A stretch of 64,000 nucleotides of DNA from Chamaesiphon sp. GTDB lineage: Bacteria > Cyanobacteriota > Cyanobacteriia > Cyanobacteriales > Chamaesiphonaceae. Where the stretch lies: the NCBI GenBank assembly GCA_965246715.1, contig CBDFFH010000015.1, positions 160,001 through 224,000 on the forward strand, given 5' to 3'. Each line of letters opens with the position of its first letter. Within the stretch, counting starts at the first letter, position 1. The notes under the pieces were generated by a model, which did not search any database, was not told the DNA's origin, and saw only the letters and a list, made by a program, of their open reading frames with translations. Below, piece after piece: positions 31,846-42,783 of this stretch. A program made the translations under genes and the position numbers.

Positions 31846-32280
31846 TCATCTGGGTATTGGCATATTGCATTCGGGAATTAGCCCTCTTCCATATCTACTC
31901 CCTACCCAGATACCACCAGCCTGCTTGCACTCACTTTTACGCGTAGCATTCTGCCGCTCGATTTTTCTCACCAGCGTGCCAGTTTTGTCGCAATAAATTG
32001 ATTTCCACATTACCGCACCGCTTCCCTTCAATTTACAGTTATTCAGTTGATAACCTGCATACCCTGGCTCTAAATCGACTTCAGTACCGTCGCATCTTCG
32101 GCCCCGTACTGGCTCTGTTTTTTGGATATACTCCGTGCATAAAGCGCCAACTGTTTTGTTCCAGTCGTCAGGTACGGCGACCCAAGCGGGCTTAGTAGAT
32201 GTCACTGTTTCCTTGGCAGAAACACATAGGGGAAGTACACACAAAAAAGAGAAAAACATCACGATCGACTTGGCTTGCAT
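31846..32280 (-). CDS. Secreted Cys-rich hypothetical protein
   Basis: Signal peptide, several Cys, GAGG RBS. Confidence 0.55.
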   Translation of the reverse strand: MQAKSIVMFFSFLCVLPLCVSAKETVTSTKPAWVAVPDDWNKTVGALCTEYIQKTEPVRGRRCDGTEVDLEPGYAGYQLNNCKLKGSGAVMWKSIYCDKTGTLVRKIERQNATRKSECKQAGGIWVGSRYGRGLIPECNMPIPR

Positions 32281-32383
32281 GATTACCTCATTGTCTAACT
32301 ATCATGCGGAATGTGGGATTAAAATCCGCTTTTCCATTTGGAAAAGCGGATTAATCTACCGCGCGATCGAGTCATCTCGATCC

Positions 32384-33508
32384 TTACGCAGGCTTCACTA
32401 AAAGATCTGCCCCATCGATTACTTTCGCAGACTCGATTTTATCGGCATCTTTAAGTTGTTCGAGGACTTCTTGACCAGAGATTACATAACCAAACACGGT
32501 GTAACGACCGTCGAGGAGATTGCGCCCTGCGGGAGTTAATTCTGGCTCGAACAGAAAGAAAAAGAATTGTGACGAGCCGCCGTTCGGCTCAGATTCGGGA
32601 CGAGCCATCGCTAAGGCACCGAAAGAGGAGAAAGGCAAAACGGGTTCTTCACGGAAGCGTCCAGCATCTTCCATCGTAATTCCATACATTGGTTCTTTAT
32701 CGCCTTTAACCATTACTTCGAGCGGAATCGCCCGATATTTTTTGGTTTTGGGATCGATGAAACCAACCTCATCCCCTGGCGGATCGCCGACTTGCAGGAC
32801 ATAATCTTTTTCGGCGCGGGTAAACGTCAGATTGTTATAGAATCCGCGTTGAATGAGATCGACAAAGTTACCTGCTGTCACTGGCGCACTATAACCATCC
32901 ACGACCACAGTAATATTACCCTTGGTTGTTTTCAAATCGATCGTCGCACGACCTTTGAGTTGGGGCAGATTGCTATATTCTTTCGGTACCGGATAGGGAA
33001 AATTCTCGACCATTAGCGATTCGAGGGTACCGATTTTAGCGAGCGTGGCGGTGCGTTGGGCTTGAACTTGCGGCTTGTCTTTAGCTTCTGCAGCAACAGC
33101 TAATGCCTCAACACCAGTTTGGATGTCGCTAATTAATGTCTGTGCCTGAGCTTGCTTCACTTCTGGCACCCCTTTGAGGATGTCGGCTTGTTTGGTTTGC
33201 AACACTACCGCAGCTTTTTTGACATCGCTATTAATCGAACTCCACTGCTTGCCACGCAAATGATTGACAATATCTTCTAAATTGTTTTGTAGTTCTCGAA
33301 CTGGTTTATTGTCGATCGGTAGTGCATACCGCAAGATCGATTGTCCGTCAGTAATCGCATTGCCCGATGGTAATAATCCTGCCGCACTAATCCCTACAGA
33401 CATGGTTATCAGTAGCATTGCCACTACTCCAGTCTGCAACCACCGCTGCCAGCGAGCGAGTATAGAATTTTTACCCATTTGCCTTACTAAAATATCCAGA
33501 TAATTCAA
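32384..33508 (-). CDS. Cyclophilin-type PPIase (TLP40/CYP38-like)
   Basis: LRYALPI helical domain; APVTAGNF, SSQFF, LDGRY. Confidence 0.88.
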   Translation of the reverse strand: MNYLDILVRQMGKNSILARWQRWLQTGVVAMLLITMSVGISAAGLLPSGNAITDGQSILRYALPIDNKPVRELQNNLEDIVNHLRGKQWSSINSDVKKAAVVLQTKQADILKGVPEVKQAQAQTLISDIQTGVEALAVAAEAKDKPQVQAQRTATLAKIGTLESLMVENFPYPVPKEYSNLPQLKGRATIDLKTTKGNITVVVDGYSAPVTAGNFVDLIQRGFYNNLTFTRAEKDYVLQVGDPPGDEVGFIDPKTKKYRAIPLEVMVKGDKEPMYGITMEDAGRFREEPVLPFSSFGALAMARPESEPNGGSSQFFFFLFEPELTPAGRNLLDGRYTVFGYVISGQEVLEQLKDADKIESAKVIDGADLLVKPA

Positions 33509-33564
33509 CCCCTATCTTCCCACATCACCGAGCTGAAAGGGTTAGGCGCACAGGCGATCGAATG

Positions 33565-34750
33565 TTATTTTTGGCAGAAATCACGGCCACATTGCCGTAA
33601 ATTCCGAATCGTATTGGAGAGCGTCTCGTATTTAAACTTGTTGCCGCGTTGCTTGTATAGAGCGGCGGCTTGGTGAAAATCAGCTAGTTTCCCTTGTTTA
33701 TCTCCCAAACCAGAGCGAGCATTCCCACGTTGTTCGTAAGCCGCTGGCCAATTTTTTGGAAACAAGGAGATTGCTTTACTAAAATCATTAGTCGCCGCTT
33801 GCTACTTGCCCAAGTTAAAGTAGGCTTCGCCACGATAGAAGTAGGCTTCGCCATATTTTGGGTCGATCGCGATCGCGATATTGTAATCGGCGTTGCTGAA
33901 TTAATGTATGAAACGCACAAACAATTTTTGTAGGGGTAATGCCTCGTGCTTACCCCGCATCGATTCAGGGTACTCACAAGGGGCACCCCTACAAAAAATC
34001 ATACCCATATTCAGCAACGCCTTGTAATCTTTAATCGCTGCCGATCGATTAAACTGACGAGTATAGGCGTAGTCACTCGCAAAATAGGCTTCAGCCTTCT
34101 TGGGGTCGAGCGCAAGCGCTTTATTAAAGTCATTCATCGCTGCTTGCTGCTCGTGCCAGTCAAACTGGGCATTGCCACGAACGATATAGAAAGCCGCATT
34201 GTTGTGCGAAAGTACGATCGCGCGATTGAAATCCTCAGTAGCACCAATTTGGTCGAGTAGTCCATTCCGTGCCTGTCCCCGACCGATATAAGCATCTGGA
34301 TAGGTGGGAGCCAGGGCAATAGCTCGATTGTAGTCGTCGATCGCTCCTTGATAGTCTCTGTTTTTAGCTTTTGTATCCCCTACGGTGGCAATCTTAATGG
34401 CGTTGAGGGGTGGGAAATCAGATGGAGTTGTCGCGGTAGGAATGGGGGTTTGAATTCTCACAATCATTGGCTTTGACCATCTAATTAAATCAGAATCATT
34501 TGAAAAATTGACAATTGCCTGAAAATTTTTTAACGCGCCTTGTTTGTCACCGGACTTATCGCGAATATATCCACGATTGAAGTAACCACTATAATTTTTT
34601 GGATCGAGTTCGATTACTTTGGTGTAATCGCTAATGGCTCCTTGCACATCGCCAAAATACTTGCGTAAATTTGCCCGTTTGGCAAAGGCTTGAACATATC
34701 CTGGATTGAGTGCGATCGCTTTGCTGTATTTACCAACCGCACCTTTAAGA
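33565..34750 (-). pseudogene. TPR-repeat protein, disrupted
   Basis: TPR motifs; MITE insertion, in-frame TAG (LGK*QAA), 5' end replaced by IS4 fragment. Confidence 0.85.
33889..34021. mobile_element. 133-bp MITE carrying REP hairpins
   Basis: TIRs GGCGTTGCTGAAT / ATTCAGCAACGCC; 8-bp TTGTAATC duplication (33881-33888, 34022-34029). Confidence 0.9.
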
Positions 34751-35005
34751 TTTCAATTTCTTGAACAATGCCTCTAAAGTTGAGCCATCACATGCCCAAA
34801 CTCTCTCGAATTTTGTGCTAGGAAATTCCAGACTTTGTGGTAATGGTCGCTGTTTTCTCCTGTGCCACTTTGTGCTGAATTCTGGTAATAATTCCTTAAA
34901 TACTCTTTCAAATAACTCGGCTGGAAAAGTCAAGAATCTTTGAGAGATCGCCTGTTGGCTTACTTGTGTTGGTGAACACCACAAAAATGCTTCTTTAGTC
35001 AGAGT
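34745..35005 (-). pseudogene. Internal fragment of an IS4-family transposase
   Basis: VSQQAISQRFLTFPAELF...DGSTLEAL. Confidence 0.75.
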
Positions 35006-35581
35006 TTGACATATTTTCCGTTCCTCCTTGACAACGCTCTAATTTTCTTAACTTGTCACGAATGGACGACACCTGCGATCGCCTACTTAGAGAGTTATTT
35101 TCCCGATGTAATTACCAATCGCTATCTCCCCGATCTTGTCTGGGCTTGGGTCAAGCAGCAAATTTCGCCGATCGATGACGATCGATTGGCGAGGCAGCGA
35201 TTGCCGCTGCGGATCGAGCGTGACGGACGACAACTGACGATGCCCGCGATCGCCGCACCAACGGAAAATCGCTATCTGCTGTTAATCGAAGAACAAACTC
35301 TAGCTCTTTTGCCGCGACTGGAATTATTGGGATTGAGTCAGCGCGAGACTGAAGTGCTGTATTTAGTTATGCGCGGCGAAACCAATCAAGCGATCGCCAA
35401 ACAACTCGACGTGGCAATCGGTACGGTGAGGAAGCATTTAGGTCATGTTTTCGACAAACTTGGAGTTCAAAGTCGTACCGAAGCGATCGCCCAAGTCCTA
35501 CAGAGATTGGGATTACTCGACGATCCGTCGACCGATACTGACCGATCGCCAATCGTCACCAGTGGTAACAAGGAGGATTAA
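35006..35581 (+). pseudogene. LuxR-type HTH regulator, probably N-terminally truncated
   Basis: LSQRETEVL...TVRKHL..KLGV.SR; abuts IS4 fragment, no convincing start. Confidence 0.65.
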
Positions 35582-35722
35582 CAATCCGCGAACATCTCTA
35601 TCGATCGATAGAAAACTCGATCGTCCCAAATATTCAGATCTAAAGATGGCGGTAAACCGTAAGTTAGCTAGATTAAGCGTATCAAAATCTGCTATCTGCA
35701 CTACCAAAATTTAGGAGCTAAC

Positions 35723-36529
35723 ATGCCCGTGGAAGATACTTTAAACCGCCCCTTGGCGGTAGTTACAGGTGCCTCTAGTGGCATTGGTTTCGAGCTGGCA
35801 AAACAGTTCGCTCAAAACGGCTTCGATCTAGTCGTTGCGGCTGAGTCTGCGGACATCGACACAGCGGCGCAGTCCTTCGAGCAATTGGGCACAAAAGTCG
35901 AGAGCATACGGGTAGATCTGGCGACCTATGACGGTGTAGAGCAACTTTACGATCGCATCAAATCCCTCGATCGACCCGTCGCCGCAATCGCCCTCAATGC
36001 AGGTGTCGGTGTCGGTGGCGAGTTTGCCAAAACCGATCTCCAAGAGGAACTCAACCTCATTGCCCTCAACGTTACCTCCACCATCCACCTCGCCAAACGC
36101 ATCGTCAACCACATGCTCCCGCATGGCAACGGCAAAATATTATTTACTTCCTCGATCGTCTCCCAGATGCCCAGCCCCTTCCAAGCAGTCTATGCGGCAT
36201 CCAAAGCCTTCGTTCACTCCTTTGCCGAAGCCATCCGTAACGAACTAAAAGACACGGGTATCACCGTCACGGCTCTGATGCCAGGAGCCACCGATACCAA
36301 CTTCTTCGATCGAGCTGGACTCGAAGACACCAAAGTCGGCGCAGCCAAAAAAGATGACCCGGCTAAAGTCGCCAAACAGGGATTCGATGCATTAATGGCT
36401 GGCAAGGACTCCACCCTAGCAGAATCCCTAGTCACAAAAATCGGCGGCGCGATCGGCAGTATCTTACCCGATACTGTCACCGCCGAAATGAATCGCAAAA
36501 TTAACGAACCAAAATCGGCAAATAACTAG
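35723..36529 (+). CDS. SDR-family oxidoreductase
   Basis: TGASSGIG, NAG, YAASK. Confidence 0.93.
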   Translation: MPVEDTLNRPLAVVTGASSGIGFELAKQFAQNGFDLVVAAESADIDTAAQSFEQLGTKVESIRVDLATYDGVEQLYDRIKSLDRPVAAIALNAGVGVGGEFAKTDLQEELNLIALNVTSTIHLAKRIVNHMLPHGNGKILFTSSIVSQMPSPFQAVYAASKAFVHSFAEAIRNELKDTGITVTALMPGATDTNFFDRAGLEDTKVGAAKKDDPAKVAKQGFDALMAGKDSTLAESLVTKIGGAIGSILPDTVTAEMNRKINEPKSANN

Positions 36530-36809
36530 CGATCGGCCTGTGTGGGCGATCTTTTTTGACTTAATTACTTGGTGGATTTACAGCTTGTAGATCGCTGGAT
36601 GAAAGCGTAGGTGGTGGAATCCCCCTAAATCCCCCTTTTTAAGGGGGACTAAGAGCAGAGCGAGGGGAAATTCTTAATAGGAATAGAAATCATACCAAGC
36701 AAGGGACTAATAACCCGCTCTTAGCTCCCTTTTTAAGGGGGTTGGGGGATTCAGCCCTCGCAACGCAGCCAAGCCAAGCTCGTTCGTCACCCCCCCCTAA
36801 CAAACAACC

Positions 36810-37015
36810 GACTGGCGCAGCTAATGCGAAGCGCGCCACGCTGCCCACAAACCAACCCTTATGCAGAGGAGTTTAAGGAGCGGAGTGCCGCCCCTCAACG
36901 GGGGGTCTGGGGGAGCGGCTCGCGCCCGTCGGGTTTCCCGACGCGAAAAGCTATAGTCGGTGCACCGACTATGAGCCAAGACAAGCCTCCCCCAGATCCG
37001 GGTTCTCTTAGCACC
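36810..37015 (+). repeat. Structured ~170-bp repeat (same family as 39399-39565) with nested insertions
   Basis: Shares GACTGGCG.AGCTAATGCGAAGCGC and CCCCAGATCCGGGTTCTCTTAGCACCA. Confidence 0.8.
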
Positions 37016-37056
37016 AATAAATCAAGACCAAGCATCAACACCCCCAAAAAGCACCA

Positions 37057-37433
37057 ATGATAAAAGCCATCGGCTACGCAGCCCAAACCGCCACCGACCC
37101 CCTCAAACCGCTAGAATTCGATCGCCAAGAACCCACCGCCAACCAAATCCAAATCGATAGCCTCTACTATTTTGCCCTCAAAATGCCCGAAAACCTCGAC
37201 ATCAAATCGATCGTAGCCAAGTTGCTTTTTATCGGCGATCGATCTCAGGTTCCCTCATCGGTGGGATTGCCGAAACTTAGGAGGTGCTGGACTTTTGTGC
37301 CGAACATGGCATCGTTTCCGAGGTTGAAATCATCCCGATTCAAAAAATCAATCAAGCCTACGAGCGAATGCTCGCAGGTGAGGTGAAATACCGTTTTGTC
37401 ATCGATATGGAATCGCTCAAACAAACTATTTAG
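37057..37433 (+). pseudogene. Remnant of a CAD/YahK-like Zn alcohol dehydrogenase
   Basis: N-terminus KAIGYAAQ and C-terminus GSLIGGIAET*EVLDFC...KYRFVIDM; most of the middle deleted. Confidence 0.8.
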
Positions 37434-37445
37434 GGAACAAAACTG

Positions 37446-38591
37446 ATGGTTAGTCAACTTAAGAAATTACCCACGATCGAAATGGCAGGCACGTTAGAGC
37501 CTGTCGCTCACTTTAACGACGCGATGCCCACAGGTGTTACCGTCTCCCAGCAAGGACGGATCTTTGTCAACTTCCCCAAGTGGGGCGATAACGTCGAATA
37601 CTCCGTCGCCGAAATTCGCAACGGCGAAGCAGTTCCCTATCCCAGTGCTGAATTCAACCGCGACGAACCAGATGCACCAGTCGCATCGCTCGTATCCGTC
37701 CAAAGCGTAGTTGTCGATCCGATCGATCGCTTATGGATCCTCGATACAGGCAGTCCGATGTTTCAGCCGACGCAATATGGTGGCCCCAAATTAGTCTGCA
37801 TCGATCTGGCAACCGATCGGGTCGTCAAAACTATCCTCTTCCCCCAAGATGTTGCCCTCGCCACGACCTACCTCAACGATATCCGCTTCGACTTGCGGCG
37901 TGGGAGTGAAGGGATGGCATTTATCACCGATTCCGCCGACAAAGGCGCGAATGGGATTATCGTTGTCGATCTCGCCTCCGGCGAAAGCTGGCGCAAACTC
38001 CACGACCATCCCTCAACCAAAGCCGAATCCCTGCATGATTTCCTGCCGATCGTCGAAGGCAAACCCTTAATGGAACGCCAAGCCGATGGCAGCACCAAAC
38101 CGATGACGATGGGTGCCGATGGGATTGCGATTAGTGCCGATGGTTCGCGGTTGTATTATTGCCCCCTGATGAGCCGGAAACTATACAGTGTCTCGATCGA
38201 TTGTTTGTGCGATCGAGACATGGACGAGGATACCGTGGTGGCTTCCGTTATCAACGAAGGCGATAAAGGCGGCGGAGCCGACGGACTCGAATCCGATGCT
38301 GCTGGTTATATTTACGTCACCAATTACGAGCATCAAGCCATTCTCCGCCGCACCCCACAAGGCATGTGGGAGACCGTCGTCCATGACTCGCGCTTGATGT
38401 GGACGGATACGATGTCGATCGCATCCGATGGCTATCTATACATCATTGCCAACCAATTACACCGTCAGCCCAAGTACCAACTAGGTCGCGACCTCCGCAT
38501 CAAGCCCTATACCCTATTTCGGATTCGGATCGACGCGCAACCGATTCGGTTGTACTCGCATAACCAAGCACAGGTACCCATTCACCACTGA
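37446..38591 (+). CDS. Major royal jelly / yellow-family beta-propeller protein
   Basis: SVQSVV.D..DRLWILDTG, YLNDIRFD, GADG. Confidence 0.88.
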   Translation: MVSQLKKLPTIEMAGTLEPVAHFNDAMPTGVTVSQQGRIFVNFPKWGDNVEYSVAEIRNGEAVPYPSAEFNRDEPDAPVASLVSVQSVVVDPIDRLWILDTGSPMFQPTQYGGPKLVCIDLATDRVVKTILFPQDVALATTYLNDIRFDLRRGSEGMAFITDSADKGANGIIVVDLASGESWRKLHDHPSTKAESLHDFLPIVEGKPLMERQADGSTKPMTMGADGIAISADGSRLYYCPLMSRKLYSVSIDCLCDRDMDEDTVVASVINEGDKGGGADGLESDAAGYIYVTNYEHQAILRRTPQGMWETVVHDSRLMWTDTMSIASDGYLYIIANQLHRQPKYQLGRDLRIKPYTLFRIRIDAQPIRLYSHNQAQVPIHH

Positions 38592-38603
38592 AAGCAAACT
38601 ACC

Positions 38604-39083
38604 ATGACACCATTTAAAGCCACCAAAACTCTGACGATTAATAAGCCCGCTCCCGAACTTTACAAGTATTGGCACAACTTCGAGAACCTACCCAGCTTCA
38701 TGAAGCATCTCCAATCCGTCAAGGTTATCGATAATGTCAAATCCCACTGGGTTACACGCGGCCCCTTGGGTGGCACCGTCGAATGGGATGCCATCATCAT
38801 CGAAGACTTTGAAAATCAATCGATTTCCTGGGCATCTGCCGAACAAGCCGACGTGCAAAATACTGGCTTTATCCGCTTCACGCCGCTATCTCACGATCGC
38901 GGTACTGAGGTGAAGGTCGAGATCGAGTACAACCCTCCCGCAGGGGCGATCGGCGACAAGCTTTTGGCTCTGTTCGGGGAGTCTCCAAAGCAGCAGTTAG
39001 GCGACGATCTGCGTCGGTTCAAGATGCTGATGGAGGCGGGGGAGATTGCGACAACTGAGGGGCAATCGAGAGGACACGATTGA
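38604..39083 (+). CDS. SRPBCC / polyketide cyclase family protein
   Basis: W.NFENLP.FM, EWDA, DLRRFK.L.E.GE. Confidence 0.9.
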   Translation: MTPFKATKTLTINKPAPELYKYWHNFENLPSFMKHLQSVKVIDNVKSHWVTRGPLGGTVEWDAIIIEDFENQSISWASAEQADVQNTGFIRFTPLSHDRGTEVKVEIEYNPPAGAIGDKLLALFGESPKQQLGDDLRRFKMLMEAGEIATTEGQSRGHD

Positions 39084-39111
39084 TAGATCTGGCAAGCTGG
39101 ATTTTAGATAT

Positions 39112-39565
39112 GTGCTTAGTTTGAAGTTGCTGGTGCTAGAGAACCCGGATCTGGGGGTTCTGACCCCCAGACCCCCCACCGAGGGGGTGCGTCCCGCCCC
39201 TCGGACTCCCCATCGTAAGGTTTGGTTTGTGGGAATCGATTAGCGCTTCGCATTAGCTACGCCAGTCATCGATCTGTATGCGAGTGGGAGCGGATTGCAG
39301 CCGCCTAACCAATACGACTAAATAAGAAGCTAACTAATTTCAAGAACGATCGATACATTCCAACCATCGAGCTTACGCTCGATCGCCAAACCCCACCCAC
39401 AGATCGATGACTGGCGTAGCTAATGCGAAGCGCTAATCGATTCCCACTAACAACACCTTGTGCAGGGGAGTTTGAGGGGCGGCACTCCGCCCTTCAACGG
39501 GGGGTCTGGGGGAGGCCGCCCCCAGATCCGGGTTCTCTTAGCACCAGTAGCTAAAAACTAAGCAC
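39112..39565. repeat. Inverted pair of ~165-bp structured repeats
   Basis: 39229-39277 is the exact reverse complement of 39399-39447; outer arms similar. Confidence 0.9.
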
Positions 39566-39618
39566 TAATCACCCCCTTAATATCAGAACGTAGCAAACCA
39601 TCCCCAAAGGAAAAAACC

Positions 39619-40785
39619 ATGAAAGCCGTCTGCTGGCAAGGTACCGATAAAGTCCAAGTCGAAACCGTACCCGATCCCAAAATTCTCAACCCCAGAGATG
39701 CGATCGTCAAAATCACCTCCACCGCAATTTGTGGATCCGACCTCCACCTCTACGGCGGCTACAACCCTACCATGAAACACGGCGACATCCTCGGCCACGA
39801 ATTCATGGGCGAAATCGTCGAACTCGGTAGCGAAGTCAAAAACAAAAAAATTGGTACCCGCGTCGTCGTTCCCTTCGCAGTCGCCTGCGGTGGTTGTTTC
39901 TTCTGCAACCGCGATCTCTGGTCGCTGTGTGACAACGGCATCCCCAACGGTTGGCTCCCCGAAAAAGTTATTGGTTATGCCCCATCTGGTATCTTCGGTT
40001 ACTCCCACTTCACAGGCGGCTACGCAGGCGGTCAAGCCGAATACGCTCGCGTCCCCTTCGCCGATGTCGCCTTGCTAGAAATTCCTGACGGCATTCCCGA
40101 TGAGAAAGTCTTATTCCTGACCGATATTTTCCCCACAGGCTACATGGCCGCCGAAAATTGCCATATTCAGCCAGGGGATACCGTCGCGATTTGGGGCTGT
40201 GGCCCTGTCGGGCAATTTGCCATCCGCAGTGCCCTGATGCTCGGGGCCGAAAAGGTCATCGCGATCGATCGCGTCCCCGAACGCCTGCAACTAGCCAGAC
40301 AAGGCGGCGCAGAAATCTTAAATTATGAGGAAGTCGAGGTCGGCGAAGCCCTCAAAGAAATGACTGGCGGACGCGGCCCCGATTCGGTGATGGATGCCGT
40401 CGGCTCCGAAGCGCATGGCATGGGTTTAGAAGGTTTCTACGATCGCGCGATGCAAACTGTCGGACTCGAAACCGATCGACCCAGCGCCCTCCGACAAGCG
40501 ATTGTATCATGTCGTAAAGGCGGTACCGTCTCCGTTCCTGGCGAATACTCTGGCTTGGTCGATAAGCTGCCGATGGGCGCATTTATGAACAAAGGTCTGA
40601 CGATGCGGAGCGGCCAAACCCACATCCATCGCTACTTACGTCCGTTACTCGATCGGATTCAAAACGGCGATATCGACCCCTCATTCGTCATCAGCCACAT
40701 TCTCCCGCTCTCGGAAGCACCCAAGGCTTATGACATCTTCAAGCACAAGAAGGATAACTGCATCAAGGTCGTGCTCAAGCCTTAA
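39619..40785 (+). CDS. Zn-dependent (formaldehyde dehydrogenase-like) dehydrogenase, copy 1
   Basis: ICGSDLH, GHEFMG, Cys cluster, GCGPVG. Confidence 0.92.
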   Translation: MKAVCWQGTDKVQVETVPDPKILNPRDAIVKITSTAICGSDLHLYGGYNPTMKHGDILGHEFMGEIVELGSEVKNKKIGTRVVVPFAVACGGCFFCNRDLWSLCDNGIPNGWLPEKVIGYAPSGIFGYSHFTGGYAGGQAEYARVPFADVALLEIPDGIPDEKVLFLTDIFPTGYMAAENCHIQPGDTVAIWGCGPVGQFAIRSALMLGAEKVIAIDRVPERLQLARQGGAEILNYEEVEVGEALKEMTGGRGPDSVMDAVGSEAHGMGLEGFYDRAMQTVGLETDRPSALRQAIVSCRKGGTVSVPGEYSGLVDKLPMGAFMNKGLTMRSGQTHIHRYLRPLLDRIQNGDIDPSFVISHILPLSEAPKAYDIFKHKKDNCIKVVLKP

Positions 40786-40820
40786 TGGAACTCGATCTTG
40801 AGGGATCGAGCACAAATTTT

Positions 40821-40923
40821 GCCCTCATCCCCTAACCCCTTCTCCTAGAATTAGGAGCGATTCGCTCCGGTCTGACTCTTGCTTCTCTCTCCCAGAATTG
40901 GGAGAGGGGCTGGGGGAGAGGGC
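40821..40923. repeat. CCCTCATCCCCTAACCCCTTCTCC-type inverted repeat
   Basis: Arms pair with GGGAGAGGGGCTGGGGGAGAGGGC. Confidence 0.7.
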
Positions 40924-40959
40924 CAGCCAAACATCATTCAATTAATGGAGATTTAAATC

Positions 40960-42126
40960 GTGAAAGCAGTTTGTTGGCAAGGTACGAATAAAGTTGAAGT
41001 CGAAACCGTTCCCGATCCGAAGATTCTCAACCCCCGCGATGCGATCGTCAAAATCACCTCCACCGCCATTTGTGGCTCCGATCTGCACTTGTATGATGGT
41101 TACAACCCCACCATGAAACATGGTGACATTCTCGGTCATGAATTCATGGGCGAGATCGTCGAACTCGGTAGCGGAGTTAAAAATAAAAAAGTCGGTACCC
41201 GCGTCGTTGTCCCCTTCACCATTTCCTGCGGGAACTGTTTCTTCTGCAAGCGGGATTCTTGGTCGCTGTGCGATAACTCCAACCCCAATGCGTGGATGGC
41301 AGAGAAAATGCTCGGTCATTCCCCTTCGGGCTTGTACGGCTACTCGCATCTGACAGGCGGCTATGCAGGCGGTCAAGCCGAATACGCGCGCGTCCCGTTT
41401 GCGGATGTCGGTCTATTTGAAGTTCCCGATGGTTTAACTGACGAGCAGGTATTATTCCTGACCGATATCTTCCCGACTGGCTACATGGCTGCGGAAAACT
41501 GCGATATTCAACCTGGGGATACCGTGGCGATTTGGGGGTGCGGTCCTGTCGGACAGTTTGCGATTCGGAGTGCCTTTATGTTTGGTGCCGAGCGGGTAAT
41601 TGCGATCGATCGCGTGCCCGAACGTCTGGCGATGGCTAAAGCTGGCGGCGCGGAAATCCTAAATTATGAAGAGATCGAAGTCGGTGAAGCGCTCAAGGAA
41701 ATGACCAGCGGACGCGGCCCCGATGCCGTGATGGATGCCGTGGGGATGGAAGCACACGGACTGGGGTTGGAAGGGTTTGTCGATACCGTCAAACAAAACC
41801 TCAAAATCGAAACCGATCGACCGAGTGTGCTCCGTCAGGCGATCGTTGCATGTCGCAAAGGTGGCACGGTATCGGTACCTGGAGTCTACACGGGTCTAGT
41901 CGATAGCATCCCGATGGGCGCATTCATGAATAAAGGTTTGACGATGAAAACCGGACAAACGGACATTCATTACTACATACCGAAGCTACTCGATCGGATC
42001 CAAAATGGCGACATCGATCCCTCCTTCGTCATCAGCCACCGCCTCCCACTTTCCCAAGCCCCCCACGCTTACGAAATCTTCAAGCACAAGCAGGATAAGT
42101 GTACCAAGGTCGTCCTCAAGCCTTAA
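40960..42126 (+). CDS. Zn-dependent dehydrogenase, copy 2 (tandem paralog)
   Basis: Same length and motifs as copy 1. Confidence 0.92.
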   Translation: MKAVCWQGTNKVEVETVPDPKILNPRDAIVKITSTAICGSDLHLYDGYNPTMKHGDILGHEFMGEIVELGSGVKNKKVGTRVVVPFTISCGNCFFCKRDSWSLCDNSNPNAWMAEKMLGHSPSGLYGYSHLTGGYAGGQAEYARVPFADVGLFEVPDGLTDEQVLFLTDIFPTGYMAAENCDIQPGDTVAIWGCGPVGQFAIRSAFMFGAERVIAIDRVPERLAMAKAGGAEILNYEEIEVGEALKEMTSGRGPDAVMDAVGMEAHGLGLEGFVDTVKQNLKIETDRPSVLRQAIVACRKGGTVSVPGVYTGLVDSIPMGAFMNKGLTMKTGQTDIHYYIPKLLDRIQNGDIDPSFVISHRLPLSQAPHAYEIFKHKQDKCTKVVLKP

Positions 42127-42242
42127 ATTTGGTCGCTGACGGTAGCTCGATCGATTAGACTCGATCGAGCTATTTTCACATTAACATCGATACTTTCTAT
42201 CGATTTATCAGATTTTGGCAGTTGGGCAATATTGCTACTGCC

Positions 42243-42617
42243 TTATCTCAGTGCTTCGCGCAGACGTAACAGGATGCCCGTCTGACAGAGATTGAGCGGT
42301 AAGAGCGAGATGCCTTCCAATCGGGATTGTACCCAACCTTCACCCCAACACCATTCATGATAGCCATCGATGCCTTGACTCAAGAGCAATCGTAACAGTT
42401 GGGGACTAACACGATCGACTTGCAGTTCGAGCTTTATCGGCCCCAACGCCGCCTGAAATTTAGTACCGACCGTTAGGATGTCTTTATTGGGAAAACTCAC
42501 TTGTTGAGGAAAAAGCCACTCGGTCAGCGCTGGAGGCGATAATAATCGATCGCGAATTGTTGCAGCCGAAGCTGGGACTTCAATTCGTAACTCACTGCGT
42601 TGAAAATTACCGAACAT
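42243..42617 (-). CDS. Conserved hypothetical protein
   Basis: GIDGYHEWCWGEGWVQSRLEG. Confidence 0.7.
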   Translation of the reverse strand: MFGNFQRSELRIEVPASAATIRDRLLSPPALTEWLFPQQVSFPNKDILTVGTKFQAALGPIKLELQVDRVSPQLLRLLLSQGIDGYHEWCWGEGWVQSRLEGISLLPLNLCQTGILLRLREALR

Positions 42618-42783
42618 GATGGGGTAACGCCTTGGGGTGGATCCTTCTCATCATAACAATCCTCAGCGATTAAATTGGAGTTTTCAGGAATTCTGTGCGT
42701 GGCGATTGTAGTAATGGGTAACGATAACTCAACCATTAACCAATCGCGCAACCGCACCGCTCCCGGTTGCTACTCAACTAAAT

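Noticed and set aside
36600..39570. CRISPR array
   Set aside because: Repeats are inverted or dispersed and not regularly spaced with unique spacers; no cas genes in the window.
39583..41376. Antisense ORFs 39583-40035 and 40942-41376
   Set aside because: Shadows of the dehydrogenase genes; their similarity comes from the sense-strand duplication.
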